From a virus (Duplodnaviria; Caudoviricetes), in the IMG/VR virus record IMGVR_UViG_3300011335_000305, positions 1-52,656 of that record: a stretch of 52,656 nucleotides of DNA. One strand, 5' to 3'. Below are positions 9,339 to 19,225 of this stretch, piece after piece; the stretch's first letter is position 1, and the number at the start of each line of letters is the position of its first letter. The translations under genes and the position numbers were made by a program. Under the pieces are notes generated by a model. That model saw only the letters and a list, made by a program, of their open reading frames with translations. It was not told where the DNA came from and made no database searches.

Positions 9339-9779
9339 TCATTTACCTAGGCTACTTGAGGATTTATTCTCTTTGAAGAGAGGCATCCTTGGGTCGCTTT
9401 GGCGCATTAAATTATTGTCTACAGCATCCGTCTGAGCTTGTGTTTGCTTATCGTAATATTCTGCACGTTGAGCAACAAATTCACTCGGAGTCTTGCAAAG
9501 CAATAACCCGCCAATTTCGATGTTGTCTTTAAACTTTCCATCGCCACTGGCTAACAGTCTATATTTTGGCTGTTCCTCAAGAGTAACTGGCTCCCATCCC
9601 TCTCTCAGTTTCGCTGAAATATTACGGGGGTCAGCTGCATTTAATGTAGAAACACGAATCCAACGATAAGAAAACCCAGCCTGTTTGTCTGGCTCTGGGA
9701 GAAGTTCCGGAGGCATCCACTGTTTAGGACGCTCTGTCATTTCACGAGTTTGTATTTCTCTTGGTGTTCTTTCAGCCAT
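9339..9779 (-). CDS. Conserved head-module hypothetical protein
   Basis: YRWIR...NISAKLREGWEPV...IGGLLLCK motifs. Confidence 0.7.
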   Translation of the reverse strand: MAERTPREIQTREMTERPKQWMPPELLPEPDKQAGFSYRWIRVSTLNAADPRNISAKLREGWEPVTLEEQPKYRLLASGDGKFKDNIEIGGLLLCKTPSEFVAQRAEYYDKQTQAQTDAVDNNLMRQSDPRMPLFKENKSSSSLGK

Positions 9780-9780
9780 T

Positions 9781-10680
9781 TTAATTCTCCAATTTAGTTA
9801 ATTCACGAGCATATTGCTCTGGTGTAAGTTTGAATTTCTTTGCCAAAGCGAGTTGAGTCTGATTAAGCTTTACCTTTTTGGGGGCAGTAGACCTAGTAGC
9901 AGAAGCAACAACAGTGCTCGTTTTTGCAGAGGGTTTGGACTCTGGCTCAGTTCCCAATCTATCTGGGAATCTTTTTTGCATTTCGGCATCGATTACTTGA
10001 TAGTAATAGTCAGAGCCTAGTGGGACTCCTTCTTTCTCTAGCCGTCTATGAACACCCATTGCTAGGTAGCTCATATCTTCATCAACACCGTACCACTTGT
10101 TTTTGTCAAGCCAAGATTGGGTTTTTGGGTCCAATCGTTGTTGCGGTTGTTGAGTAGAATAACTCTCTTCTACGGGATTGTCAAATTCATTTCTATAATT
10201 TTCCATTTGCTGTGACTTAAACTTCACTTCAGCCAGTTTTTCTTGGGCATCCGCTAGTCTGTCACCGTCACCGGAATCATACGCTTCTTTAAATTCCTTC
10301 TTTGCCTCGTCCAAGTCCCTAGTGATGTTACTTTTAACACTGGTTACTAAGACTTTTTCACCTTCAGAAAGCCTGCCTTTTAAACGTCTATTCTCTTCAA
10401 TTAGCTGCTGGGCAACATTAATAGCTTCTTGTTGCTCCCGTAAAGCTTGATCTTTAGCCCTACGTTCATCATTCCAAACTTTTTTAAGCTGGTGAAGTTT
10501 TGTTTTTGCTTCGTTAGAATACGACTCTAAATCGTCCTCTTCCAGTTGTTTGACTATATCTTCTGGCATAGGAGTTAGATTTGCCCTGTCTTCTGCTGGC
10601 ATATCATCTTCTATTTCAATTTCAATATTGTCTTCTATTTCATCTGGAAACTTAAACTGCTGTTTTTCATATTCGGCCAT
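9781..10680 (-). CDS. Scaffolding protein (putative)
   Basis: Acidic coiled-coil 299 aa ending LNQTQLALAKKFKLTPEQYA; between portal and capsid. Confidence 0.7.
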   Translation of the reverse strand: MAEYEKQQFKFPDEIEDNIEIEIEDDMPAEDRANLTPMPEDIVKQLEEDDLESYSNEAKTKLHQLKKVWNDERRAKDQALREQQEAINVAQQLIEENRRLKGRLSEGEKVLVTSVKSNITRDLDEAKKEFKEAYDSGDGDRLADAQEKLAEVKFKSQQMENYRNEFDNPVEESYSTQQPQQRLDPKTQSWLDKNKWYGVDEDMSYLAMGVHRRLEKEGVPLGSDYYYQVIDAEMQKRFPDRLGTEPESKPSAKTSTVVASATRSTAPKKVKLNQTQLALAKKFKLTPEQYARELTKLEN

Positions 10681-10691
10681 TTTGGGGCTCC

Positions 10692-11117
10692 TTAATATAC
10701 TTTACGAGTAATTCCACGGGGATCTTCGACTACACCCTCTACAGAATCTTCGTTAATTAATCTAAATTCTCTACCATGTATAACCAATCTTGTTCCGGCA
10801 TTTGGTCGTACTAAGATAAAGTCACCTTTTTTACACCATGCACCTGTTGGGTATCTGTCTTTGTCCAGATAACAGTCAGGTCCTAGGTCAACCACAAAAA
10901 GAACAGTAGTTAAAATCTCTTCGTTCCGCATTGTTTCTGCGGCCTTCAGTAGCTCTGAACCATCAATCTTTTCTTCGGCTTCTGGTATAGCGCATAGAAT
11001 TTTATACCCAGCTGGTTTTGGCAACTGTGTAGCTTTTTCCTGCATACTTGCTTCTGGTTGATACATTCCTACTATTTGCGGATTATTGGGGTTTGATCCA
11101 ATAAGGATTTCATTCAT
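10692..11117 (-). CDS. groES: GroES-like co-chaperonin
   Basis: LPKPAGYKIL...VVDLGPDCY...CKKGDFIL...GREFRLINEDSVEGVV fits the Cpn10 fold; likely start MNEIL at 11117. Confidence 0.75.
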   Translation of the reverse strand: MNEILIGSNPNNPQIVGMYQPEASMQEKATQLPKPAGYKILCAIPEAEEKIDGSELLKAAETMRNEEILTTVLFVVDLGPDCYLDKDRYPTGAWCKKGDFILVRPNAGTRLVIHGREFRLINEDSVEGVVEDPRGITRKVY

Positions 11118-11298
11118 CTGAATGCTCCATTTTTTGTTTGAGGTCTGCAATAAGGGCACACGCAGCTTCCAGACCTCTAATCTGACCGCATGTGTAACGA
11201 TACTCTTCAAAACTTGTACAGTTTCCTTGGGATAATGCTGTTTGGAGCATACCTATTCGGTCTTTATACTCATTTAAAAGATAATCAATTTCACTCAT
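11110..11298 (-). CDS. Small conserved hypothetical protein
   Basis: 62 aa, FEEYRYTCGQIRGL motif; coupled to the portal gene. Confidence 0.7.
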   Translation of the reverse strand: MSEIDYLLNEYKDRIGMLQTALSQGNCTSFEEYRYTCGQIRGLEAACALIADLKQKMEHSDE

Positions 11299-13802
11299 TT
11301 ATTGTCCTTGTTTGAAGGTTTCATTACGCTCGCTAAAATTTGCTTATTGGTTAATCTATTTTTATTCTTAATTTCATTAGAATGTTTAATTAAATCAACG
11401 CCAAGCGTATTGTCACGATCTTCTTTTCTCATTTTTAAATCCATTACTTTTTCTGCCAAGTTAATACCTTGCGTCTTTATTGCCATTCTTTCTTGAGAGG
11501 CTATGCGCTCCTTCTCAATCTGCTGCTGTTGAATTCTGAGCATGGTGTCAGACTCATCTTTCTTGGCTTTTCTCTGTAATTCAGCTTCTTTAATTGCCAA
11601 GTCTTTTTGTTGCATCTGGACTATAGGATCTTGGGCTGCCTGTTGAGCTTGCTGTGCAGCCATTTCAGTCTTATTACGATTAAGCAACATATCAGAAGCT
11701 TGTGCAGCCATTGCTGAAATTTGAACTTCCATTTCTCTAGGAATGCCTTCATTATCTTCCTCGTTGTAGTTTGGTAACTGAACTCCCAATAGATCTTCCA
11801 TGTGTTTGCGGTAAGCAAAGGCTAAATGTTCATTAATATGCGCTAATGCTGCCGAATGAATTGCCTGTGCCTGTGGGTTTTGGGATAACAGTTGCGCTAT
11901 CTTTGGATCTTGGATAGCATTCATGTGCACTTTAATATGTGCCTCATGGTCTTGGTACATAAATGCCTTAACAGGTTTCATGTTCATTAAGTTCATGTTT
12001 TCTGTTATCGGATCGGCTGGTTTTCTGTCATCGGGCAACGGTACTAGCTTATCCGCATTCTTAATCCCAAGGATGTTAATCATCTGCCGGTGTAGGTATG
12101 GCAAGTTATATAACTGTGGCGCTGTTTGCGACAGCTGGATCACTGCTTGATACTGCACAATCTTTTGCGACATAGTAGCGGCATTTGGATCGCTAACAGG
12201 GATAACGTCAATATCATCGTAATCCGATTTTTTAGCAAAACGAGTACCTTCTACCGGCTGATAGGCGTATTCCGGTGGAGTGTCTTCCTTAATAATATCC
12301 CGTAACAACTGTAACTCTTGTTTCATGGAGTAATGCACACGAGCCTGTACCGCACTCATTACTTTTAGAGTCCGCTCTAAAATAGCCAGAGTCGTACCGA
12401 CTGGCGTATTAGCAGACATGTCGGCAATCTTCATATCTGATGCCGAAGCAAACCTTCTACCTTCTTCTACAATGTTACCGAGTAAGGTATACAACACCTG
12501 ACTTGGCTCTTTGTACGGCAAAGGTAAAATATTGTCTTTGAGTGCGCCACTTGGTACGTCTACATCCCTAAATTCACCCGGACTTATGGGCGTGTCGTCA
12601 CCTTTGATTCGCAATCCACGGGTTTTAAAGCCACCCGGCAAGTTGGATAATGTGCCTGCGTCCACCAATTGACGTATAAGGGAAGTACCAGACTTGGCAA
12701 AAGAACCAACAAGGTGAATAAGACCAAAACAGTAGAAACCAAAGCCCGGAACATAGCCGTAATGTACGAAATGCTGTCTTTTAAGTTTTCTTTTATCATC
12801 CGGCTTCCAATTTCTACGAATTGCCAACACATTACAGGTATTTTTTTCAATGGTAATTACATATGGTAAGGCTATGCCTGTTGGTTCTCCGTCTTCGTCT
12901 TTATCTTCGTAACCTTCTAAGTCTAAATTAACATGGACTTCTAAAATTTTAAATCTGTCGTCTTCTGTTGCAGAAAAACCCATCTTTTCGGCAATTTTCT
13001 TCTCTACTTCATCATACGATTTAACAGGAGTACCCAGATCAATGTCCAAATAGAACCCAGCTACCTGTAATTTGCGTATTTCGTTCTCTGTTTTACGCAT
13101 AACATGGGTAACACGCTCAGAAGTTTCTAAACTACTAGCCCCGTAAGGCACAATAATGTCTTCGGCTGGTACATACATTGAGACTTGGCGGTTTAAACTT
13201 GGATCAAAGTACACTTTTTTAAACGCATTGCCAGAAAGTCCTAGTCCCCAGCACATTCTTTCATGTTCTGGACGGTATTCCGGCATCTTTTGCATGATCT
13301 GGTAGTTCATATCCTGCTGAACACGCTCAGCTGCGTCCAGTTTTTCAGAAGTTTCCTTCCCAATTATCTGAGTTTTAACTGGTCCAGCCGGAGGCAACGT
13401 CTCCATGACTGTTTCTGCCTGAAACTTTACAAGTGCTTCGCTTAACAGTGGATGGTAAACCCCACAAGCTCCTTCCCACGGCTCACTTCTTTCCTCAATC
13501 TTGAGCCCTAATAGCTCTAAGCCGTCTACATAAGTTTGAATCCAGTCTTTACGAGAGGCGATGTCCATTTCAATATCACCTAACAGCTCTGATGCCAAGG
13601 TCTGCATTACCGACTCATCAATATCTTCGGCTAAGTTTTTAGAAAACTCTTCGTCTTCTTCTCGTTTTATTTCAATCTCCAAATCCCCAAGGCCAATTCT
13701 TACTGCCTCTGGATCCTCAATTTCAATCTCAATATCCGGCTCTGCCTCATTATTAATGCTGGCTATTCCCTGTGGGGCTGCGTATAGTGCCTTATCTAAC
13801 AT
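11295..13802 (-). CDS. Portal protein
   Basis: 835 aa directly after TerL; PWEGACGVYHPLL, GNAFKKVYFD, RQLVDAGTLSNLPGGFK motifs; Q-rich helical C-terminus. Confidence 0.88.
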   Translation of the reverse strand: MLDKALYAAPQGIASINNEAEPDIEIEIEDPEAVRIGLGDLEIEIKREEDEEFSKNLAEDIDESVMQTLASELLGDIEMDIASRKDWIQTYVDGLELLGLKIEERSEPWEGACGVYHPLLSEALVKFQAETVMETLPPAGPVKTQIIGKETSEKLDAAERVQQDMNYQIMQKMPEYRPEHERMCWGLGLSGNAFKKVYFDPSLNRQVSMYVPAEDIIVPYGASSLETSERVTHVMRKTENEIRKLQVAGFYLDIDLGTPVKSYDEVEKKIAEKMGFSATEDDRFKILEVHVNLDLEGYEDKDEDGEPTGIALPYVITIEKNTCNVLAIRRNWKPDDKRKLKRQHFVHYGYVPGFGFYCFGLIHLVGSFAKSGTSLIRQLVDAGTLSNLPGGFKTRGLRIKGDDTPISPGEFRDVDVPSGALKDNILPLPYKEPSQVLYTLLGNIVEEGRRFASASDMKIADMSANTPVGTTLAILERTLKVMSAVQARVHYSMKQELQLLRDIIKEDTPPEYAYQPVEGTRFAKKSDYDDIDVIPVSDPNAATMSQKIVQYQAVIQLSQTAPQLYNLPYLHRQMINILGIKNADKLVPLPDDRKPADPITENMNLMNMKPVKAFMYQDHEAHIKVHMNAIQDPKIAQLLSQNPQAQAIHSAALAHINEHLAFAYRKHMEDLLGVQLPNYNEEDNEGIPREMEVQISAMAAQASDMLLNRNKTEMAAQQAQQAAQDPIVQMQQKDLAIKEAELQRKAKKDESDTMLRIQQQQIEKERIASQERMAIKTQGINLAEKVMDLKMRKEDRDNTLGVDLIKHSNEIKNKNRLTNKQILASVMKPSNKDNK

Positions 13803-13811
13803 AATTTATCC

Positions 13812-15296
13812 TTAATAATATGCTGCTCTTTTGCGGTAAATCGGCTCATCGTCTTCATCACTGTCTAACTTAATAAACCCGCCTCTTCTAAATCGCAACA
13901 ACGCCTGAGTTGTGCTATCAACTAAGTCATCGTGGTCGGAGTTTGGAAACGCTGCCAATTCTTCAATTACCTCTTCTGCCCATCTAGTGGGTGGTGCCCA
14001 TATTTTCCCACTAGCAAATAAATCTGCCACTGAATTAACACGGCTTATCTTATCATTACCCCTAGTTGGTGTAAACTCTTGCACCGGTATACCCATCCTT
14101 CTTAACTCAAACACCAGTGGCGCACCGGACGCTTTCGCCTCTACTATACACGCATCTGGCTCCCATTCTTTAAACATTTCAAACGCTTTTGTCTTTAACT
14201 CCGGAAATTCCAGCCGAGCTTTATAAGCATCCAACAGAATAATATTCGGGCTATTGCGGTCTTCGTCCTTATAAAACACGCCCCAAGTCGTACACGCTGA
14301 ATAGTCAGCCCGTTCTGATTTAGTAAAAGCCGTATCCCAGCTCTGAATAATAAACTCACATGGCGGGGCTCGTTCATCCCAGACTTGCCACCACTCCCGT
14401 TTTACAAGAGCACCCTGCTCACTGGTCGGATCCTGTTGATACTGGGCTTGCCACTTAGATAACGGTAACTCAATCCGTAACTTACTTAATTCCTCATAAC
14501 TCCAGAACTGAGGCCAAAGTGGTTTCTCGTTCCTCTTAATAGCTGGCAGACTAATAATTTCCCACTCATCACCGTCTCGCTCAATGATGGCTTTCATAAT
14601 CTTGCCGGTCAAATCTCTCTTTGACCACCTTGTCATGACGATAACAATACTACCTCCGGGCTGGAGTCGCTGTCTTGGTCCAGATGTATACCACTCATAC
14701 ACCTTATCAAAGACGCTTGGATCACTAGAGGCTAACGCTGCTTCCTGTTCCGAATGAGGATCATCAATGATAAGTAAGTCAGCTCCTTTACCAGTAACAG
14801 TCCCGCCCACACCAATAGCAAAATACTCCCCATTAGCATTAGTGGACCAACGACCAGCAGCTTTACTATCAGACCGCAAACTGACATTGGGGAATACTTT
14901 ACCATACCGATCTCCGTCAACTAAGTTCCTAACTTTTCTACCAAAACCCACAGCAAGCCCAGCCGTATTTGAACACTGAATAATCTTCTTATTTGGAAAC
15001 TTTCCCAAAAACCATGCCGGTAATAAATAACTGGCAAACTCCGACTTCGTGTGTCTCGGAGGCATATTAATAATCAACCGTTTAACCTTACCGCTGGCTA
15101 TCTGCTCAAACTTTTTAGCCATTAACTCATGGTGATCGCCATGTATAAATTCCGGCCACATGGTCTTTACAAACTCCATAAAGTCCGACTCACCCTCTTC
15201 CCGCTGTATAGATTGCTGATATGCCGTAGCCAAAGGCGCAAGAGCGTCCTGCTCCTCCTTCGGTAACAGCTTAATAATCTCTAACAGATCATCCAT
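13812..15296 (-). CDS. terL: Terminase large subunit
   Basis: RLIINMPPRHTKS Walker A, LLIIDDPH Walker B, SWDTA and HDDLVDS nuclease motifs. Confidence 0.95.
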   Translation of the reverse strand: MDDLLEIIKLLPKEEQDALAPLATAYQQSIQREEGESDFMEFVKTMWPEFIHGDHHELMAKKFEQIASGKVKRLIINMPPRHTKSEFASYLLPAWFLGKFPNKKIIQCSNTAGLAVGFGRKVRNLVDGDRYGKVFPNVSLRSDSKAAGRWSTNANGEYFAIGVGGTVTGKGADLLIIDDPHSEQEAALASSDPSVFDKVYEWYTSGPRQRLQPGGSIVIVMTRWSKRDLTGKIMKAIIERDGDEWEIISLPAIKRNEKPLWPQFWSYEELSKLRIELPLSKWQAQYQQDPTSEQGALVKREWWQVWDERAPPCEFIIQSWDTAFTKSERADYSACTTWGVFYKDEDRNSPNIILLDAYKARLEFPELKTKAFEMFKEWEPDACIVEAKASGAPLVFELRRMGIPVQEFTPTRGNDKISRVNSVADLFASGKIWAPPTRWAEEVIEELAAFPNSDHDDLVDSTTQALLRFRRGGFIKLDSDEDDEPIYRKRAAYY

Positions 15297-15516
15297 GCAG
15301 ACTCTTTAACTTTAAATTAGCCGGACGAATACTCCTAGGAAACTTGGTACTCCCCCTACATATGCCAATATCAATTAGTCTACGCATCTTGCGATTCACA
15401 TTACCCCGACCTTTTTCGCCAGTTAAGTGCATAATATCCTCAATAGTAGGACCAAAACCAAAGTTAGCCCACCACTGTTCGATGACCAAGTACGTTTCTT
15501 TTTGCGCTGGTGTCAC
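15289..15516 (-). CDS. LexA-like winged-helix DNA-binding protein
   Basis: MTPAQ...GFGPTIEDI...NVNRKMRRL...PRSI resembles the LexA N-terminal domain; no peptidase domain. Confidence 0.7.
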   Translation of the reverse strand: MTPAQKETYLVIEQWWANFGFGPTIEDIMHLTGEKGRGNVNRKMRRLIDIGICRGSTKFPRSIRPANLKLKSLHG

Positions 15517-15563
15517 GTTCTAACTCCCTTACTTTCTCTTCAAAACTCATTGCATTCCACTGA

Positions 15564-15770
15564 CTAAACATCAGTATCATTTCTCTTTTCCATTCTCTCT
15601 GCACTTTGCCTTTGTCCATGCCGTAACCTTTTCATTAAATTAACATACACCTTATGCTCTTCATGCTGAATGATCATCCTGCGGATATACCTGATTAACT
15701 CATTTAACTTAATTTGATCATTTTCTACCAAGTATCTGATATAAAAAGCCACGTCCTCGTCCTGTATCAT
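15564..15770 (-). CDS. Hypothetical protein
   Basis: 68 aa ORF coupled to the TerS stop. Confidence 0.5.
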   Translation of the reverse strand: MIQDEDVAFYIRYLVENDQIKLNELIRYIRRMIIQHEEHKVYVNLMKRLRHGQRQSAERMEKRNDTDV

Positions 15771-16669
15771 ATACCCCCCTCCCCTTTTTTCTCAATTAAA
15801 TCAAGGGGGTGGGTGTCTGTAGAATTATTTTTTTCTAACAGGCTAACACTGTTAGCCCCCTGGGGTGTGATATTTTCTGGGGATTCGATGTGTGGAATAC
15901 TATGCAAGACTGGCTCGTCATGCGTGGGCGCATGGAGGCGTGTGGGGGTGTGTGCCTCCCCGTTTCCCCCGTCCAGATCACCATCCCCCGTCACAAATGT
16001 GTGCGTTTGCGTCTGTGTGTGCATCACATCCACATCTGCATCACTGGTTATGTCTGCGTCTACATGGTCAACATAGTTAACATCGATAGGCTCGTCTACA
16101 TTGTTGATCTCATCCAGTAGTTCTTGTGCGCTTCGCTTGGTCTTCACATGAATGCTCTGGGATCTCTGGATCGCTACTTGGATCGCTTCCATCAGCTTCA
16201 CTCGCAGTGAGTTCGAGTCCACTGTGTGTATCACTTCTGCCCTATGGGTAAACAAGGACACTTCACTCATTTTGCCAATTAGTTCCAGTGCTTTCAATTG
16301 TTGCGCTGGAGGAAGATCGTCATTCAAGGCCATGTTACTTAGCTTGTGTATTGCCATAGTCCTTAAACGAGAGGGTAATAGATATTCCTCCACCTCATTT
16401 GCCATCGTCAGGGCATTCACATAGGTGCTGACATGGGGATTGTTTGCTATCTTCTGTGCGTCTCTACTGGCAGTCTCTCTCTTCCCATTCGTATCGTAGG
16501 CTCTTCGGTATGCTTCTGTCTTATTCCCAGTCTTCACTAGTTCTTCTGCGAATGTCTTTTGTTTCTTTGTGAGTCTAATGTTATTCGGGTTACTTGCGCC
16601 TAACATGATTCTCTCAATAGGGACAGTTTTGAGTCCTTCCTGTATTTCTTTCCTTGTTAGTTTCTTCAT
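15767..16669 (-). CDS. terS: Terminase small subunit
   Basis: LTKKQKTFAEEL...NKTEAYRRAY HTH and LKALELIGK motif; upstream of TerL; disordered C-terminal tail. Confidence 0.75.
   Translation of the reverse strand: MKKLTRKEIQEGLKTVPIERIMLGASNPNNIRLTKKQKTFAEELVKTGNKTEAYRRAYDTNGKRETASRDAQKIANNPHVSTYVNALTMANEVEEYLLPSRLRTMAIHKLSNMALNDDLPPAQQLKALELIGKMSEVSLFTHRAEVIHTVDSNSLRVKLMEAIQVAIQRSQSIHVKTKRSAQELLDEINNVDEPIDVNYVDHVDADITSDADVDVMHTQTQTHTFVTGDGDLDGGNGEAHTPTRLHAPTHDEPVLHSIPHIESPENITPQGANSVSLLEKNNSTDTHPLDLIEKKGEGGI
15841..15857. repeat. 17-bp palindrome copy 1
   Basis: GGCTAACA-C-TGTTAGCC; also at 16766 and 45256. Confidence 0.9.
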
Positions 16670-16765
16670 GTCATATCCCTAGGTATATCTTCGGTATTAT
16701 TCTATCTGATATCTTTACTTGATGTCGATCTCGCACTGTTTCGCTTCGCTATCTTCAAGTCAAGG

Positions 16766-16782
16766 GGCTAACACTGTTAGCC
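16766..16782. repeat. 17-bp palindrome copy 2
   Basis: GGCTAACA-C-TGTTAGCC in the divergent intergenic region. Confidence 0.9.
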
Positions 16783-16819
16783 TGTTGTAAAAATATTTCA
16801 TCTTTTTTGCAAATAAAGC

Positions 16820-16848
16820 TTGACAAGCAAATAGCACATACCGAAAAT
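16820..16848 (+). promoter_or_regulatory. Sigma70-like early promoter
   Basis: TTGACA-N17-GAAAAT with an AT-rich upstream tract, ahead of the first plus-strand gene. Confidence 0.6.
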
Positions 16849-16900
16849 GGAATTGTTGTAGCAGATGAATTAATTATTAACCACCTAATAGGAGAAGCAA

Positions 16901-17128
16901 ATGATCAACGAACAAGAAGCAATACAAGAGATTCGCAAACACGCTAACGCCAATTACAACAAGGGTTGGGATGTTGTAGTGGAAGCGTATGACGATGGTG
17001 ATCTACTAGAGGAATTATCTGAAAACGGAATGAATGTTAAGAAGACTATTAAGTCCTTACAAGGTATGGTTCGTTTGCGTAATCAGCAGATGAAAGAACA
17101 TCAAGCTGAAGCGAGATCAAGCTATTAA
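16901..17128 (+). CDS. Early hypothetical protein
   Basis: 75 aa, AGGAG SD; HANANYNKGWDVVVE motif. Confidence 0.75.
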   Translation: MINEQEAIQEIRKHANANYNKGWDVVVEAYDDGDLLEELSENGMNVKKTIKSLQGMVRLRNQQMKEHQAEARSSY

Positions 17129-17181
17129 GGTAATCTGATGATGGGGTTAATCCCCGAAACATTCGAGAGAATGTCATTACC
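17129..17181 (+). ncRNA. Type I hammerhead ribozyme HH1
   Basis: Stem I GGTAAT/ATTACC, core CTGATGA plus extra T, stem II GGGG/CCCC, GAAA, stem III CATTC-GAGA-GAATG, GTC cleavage after 17175. Confidence 0.9.
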
Positions 17182-17201
17182 AACTCTGCTAGGAGAATTA
17201 A

Positions 17202-17477
17202 ATGTTACCAACTGATACAGGAAATTTAGTCACCATCAAGAAGCATGGCAAGGGCAATACGAAATATTATGCCGTCTCTATCGCTTCACCAGTGATCAAT
17301 GAAGACAAGCAATACTTCTTTCGTGATTACACCAGTGCGTTTGCTTATCGCAAGGATGGAGTTACAAGCTTAACTTCGCAAGTAAAACACAACAGTCCTG
17401 AATTGCGCTTATCTGCGCCAATGTCAGAAGTCTCAAACAAGTCCGAATACAACGCTGATAATTTTAGGGGGATTTAA
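17202..17477 (+). CDS. Early hypothetical protein
   Basis: 91 aa with GCTAGGAG leader. Confidence 0.7.
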   Translation: MLPTDTGNLVTIKKHGKGNTKYYAVSIASPVINEDKQYFFRDYTSAFAYRKDGVTSLTSQVKHNSPELRLSAPMSEVSNKSEYNADNFRGI

Positions 17478-18020
17478 TATGAAATTCTACGAAATAGGAA
17501 TGTTCTTCATCTGTGCCGTATTTATTGCCTTAATGATCGCACTATGTCTCGCAGTAGAGGGGGGGAGATTTTATGTATAAATTAAGTGCAATATATTCTT
17601 GCGACTATGGTAACCAAAATGAGGGTGCATATCTTGAAATACTTGGCACATATAAAACAAAATTAGAGGCTGAAATAATTGCCGAAAATTTTGAGTTTGA
17701 CGAAATTGCGCCTAATTTTTTATCAACACAAATTGAGGAGATTTAATATATGATTGCCGTTATCGTCAATACCAACAGTCAGCGAATAGCTGAACATCAG
17801 TGCCAGTCTTGGGCGCAGTGCAGTGAATGGATTGATTCTTACCTTACCTACAACGATCTCAAAAGGGCGTGTTCTGATCATATTGCACATGGTCAACACA
17901 CTGTATGGGTGCGCTAGTGAAATGGATCAATGCGTTCTACGATCTGTTACTGGTTGCTAGTATCGTGATCGTTCTTTATATAATTTTGGGTTCAATTTAC
18001 CTTTACTTAGGAGGAAGTCT

Positions 18021-18206
18021 ATGAATTACGCAGAAGAACAAATGTTGGCAGTAATGCCTTACCCAGTGGATTCTATTCACTACAAAGATGTAATCATTCA
18101 AATGCGATCCGAATATGGTTACACCAAGTGGATGAAAATTACGCCTGAAGAATTTCGCAAGATCGAATTAATCTTAACTGGGGAATATCATGCTCAATAC
18201 GCCTAA
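18021..18206 (+). CDS. Early hypothetical protein
   Basis: 61 aa, AGGAGG SD. Confidence 0.7.
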   Translation: MNYAEEQMLAVMPYPVDSIHYKDVIIQMRSEYGYTKWMKITPEEFRKIELILTGEYHAQYA

Positions 18207-18381
18207 TCAGATAGAACACTTCCGTTTACTTACTTTACGCCAAATGCTCAAGCTTGAATTACTAGGCATGAAGCGTAGTGGGAGATCAGCTTACGCCATC
18301 ATCAAAAGTGAGTTAGGACTAAAGGGCAATAAGAAGTCCGTCTTTGATCAGCTATCGGATATGTTGGGCAAGTCAAACTGA
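18190..18381 (+). CDS. Early hypothetical protein
   Basis: 63 aa; LKLELLGMKRSGRSAYAIIK motif; stop codon lies inside the HH2 core. Confidence 0.75.
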   Translation: MLNTPNQIEHFRLLTLRQMLKLELLGMKRSGRSAYAIIKSELGLKGNKKSVFDQLSDMLGKSN

Positions 18382-18423
18382 AGAGTCTTCAATAGACGAA
18401 ACTGGTGCGAACCAGTCTTTGAC
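18372..18423 (+). ncRNA. Type I hammerhead ribozyme HH2
   Basis: Stem I GTCAAA/TTTGAC, CTGAAGA, stem II GTCT/AGAC, GAAA, stem III CTGGT-GCGA-ACCAG, GTC cleavage after 18417. Confidence 0.93.
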
Positions 18424-18442
18424 AAACTGCTAGGAGTTAAAA

Positions 18443-18787
18443 ATGGAAACACAATTAGATTTGAATAGCTTTACTGGGACTGAGAGTTATTGGAAGACTT
18501 GTTTGTTTGCACCGAAGCTAGTGCATACTGATGGCGTTCAATACTTTGCTGACCATGCAAATGCCTACTGGTTCTTAGATATCGTTGCTACCGAGTATTT
18601 TAACGGCTTGGCTGACGATTTCTTGAGTATCAAACTGGTGGTTCACAGTGGTCGAGCAAATATCACTGTTGAGGATGGTGATTGCAACATCATCAAAAGC
18701 CGAGAGATAGAGTTTACGGATTGCCCTGAGGGGATCTACAACTTCTTTTTGACCAACAATGTATTGATGTTGACTTCTGAATACTAA
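18443..18787 (+). CDS. DUF6876-like protein
   Basis: FTGTESYW...TDGVQY...AYWFLD...IEFTD...LMLTSEY signature. Confidence 0.75.
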   Translation: METQLDLNSFTGTESYWKTCLFAPKLVHTDGVQYFADHANAYWFLDIVATEYFNGLADDFLSIKLVVHSGRANITVEDGDCNIIKSREIEFTDCPEGIYNFFLTNNVLMLTSEY

Positions 18788-18796
18788 CAAAGGGAA

Positions 18797-18813
18797 AGGG
18801 GGAAACCCCTTTT
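18797..18813 (+). terminator. GNRA hairpin, possible weak terminator
   Basis: AAGGGG-GAAA-CCCCTT with a short T tract between genes. Confidence 0.4.
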
Positions 18814-18820
18814 AAAAATA

Positions 18821-19036
18821 ATGGACTTAGACGGCAAAAAAGGTTTGGCAAGGGACATTTCCCAGTATGGCTACCACGAGCATAAAGGTTATGTTTGGGA
18901 TGAATACGATGCCCAAGGCATTTTCTTAACAAGGGTTTGCGAGACTTGTGTAGAAGAGAAATTAGCAGTTTATCGTCCTGAGATTCTTTCAGGATATTCC
19001 CAAGCTGATGTAGACGAATCGATTGAGGAGAATTAA
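18821..19036 (+). CDS. Early hypothetical protein
   Basis: 71 aa; YDAQGIFLTRVCETC...YRPEIL motif. Confidence 0.65.
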   Translation: MDLDGKKGLARDISQYGYHEHKGYVWDEYDAQGIFLTRVCETCVEEKLAVYRPEILSGYSQADVDESIEEN

Positions 19037-19038
19037 TT

Positions 19039-19224
19039 ATGGGTAAATTTACACTGGAAATTAACACGGATAACGATGCATTTAGTGGCGAAGATCTGCA
19101 CATTGAATTGCTAAAAAAATTAACAGATGTTGGTTATCGAGTTAGCGTATTGCGTGAGTTAAATGGGATCATTGTTGATTCCAATGGCAATACTGTTGGC
19201 GTTCATCAATTTTTTGGAGAATAA
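19039..19224 (+). CDS. Early hypothetical protein
   Basis: 61 aa; INTDNDAF...DSNGNTVG motif; GAGGAG SD. Confidence 0.7.
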   Translation: MGKFTLEINTDNDAFSGEDLHIELLKKLTDVGYRVSVLRELNGIIVDSNGNTVGVHQFFGE

Positions 19225-19225
19225 C

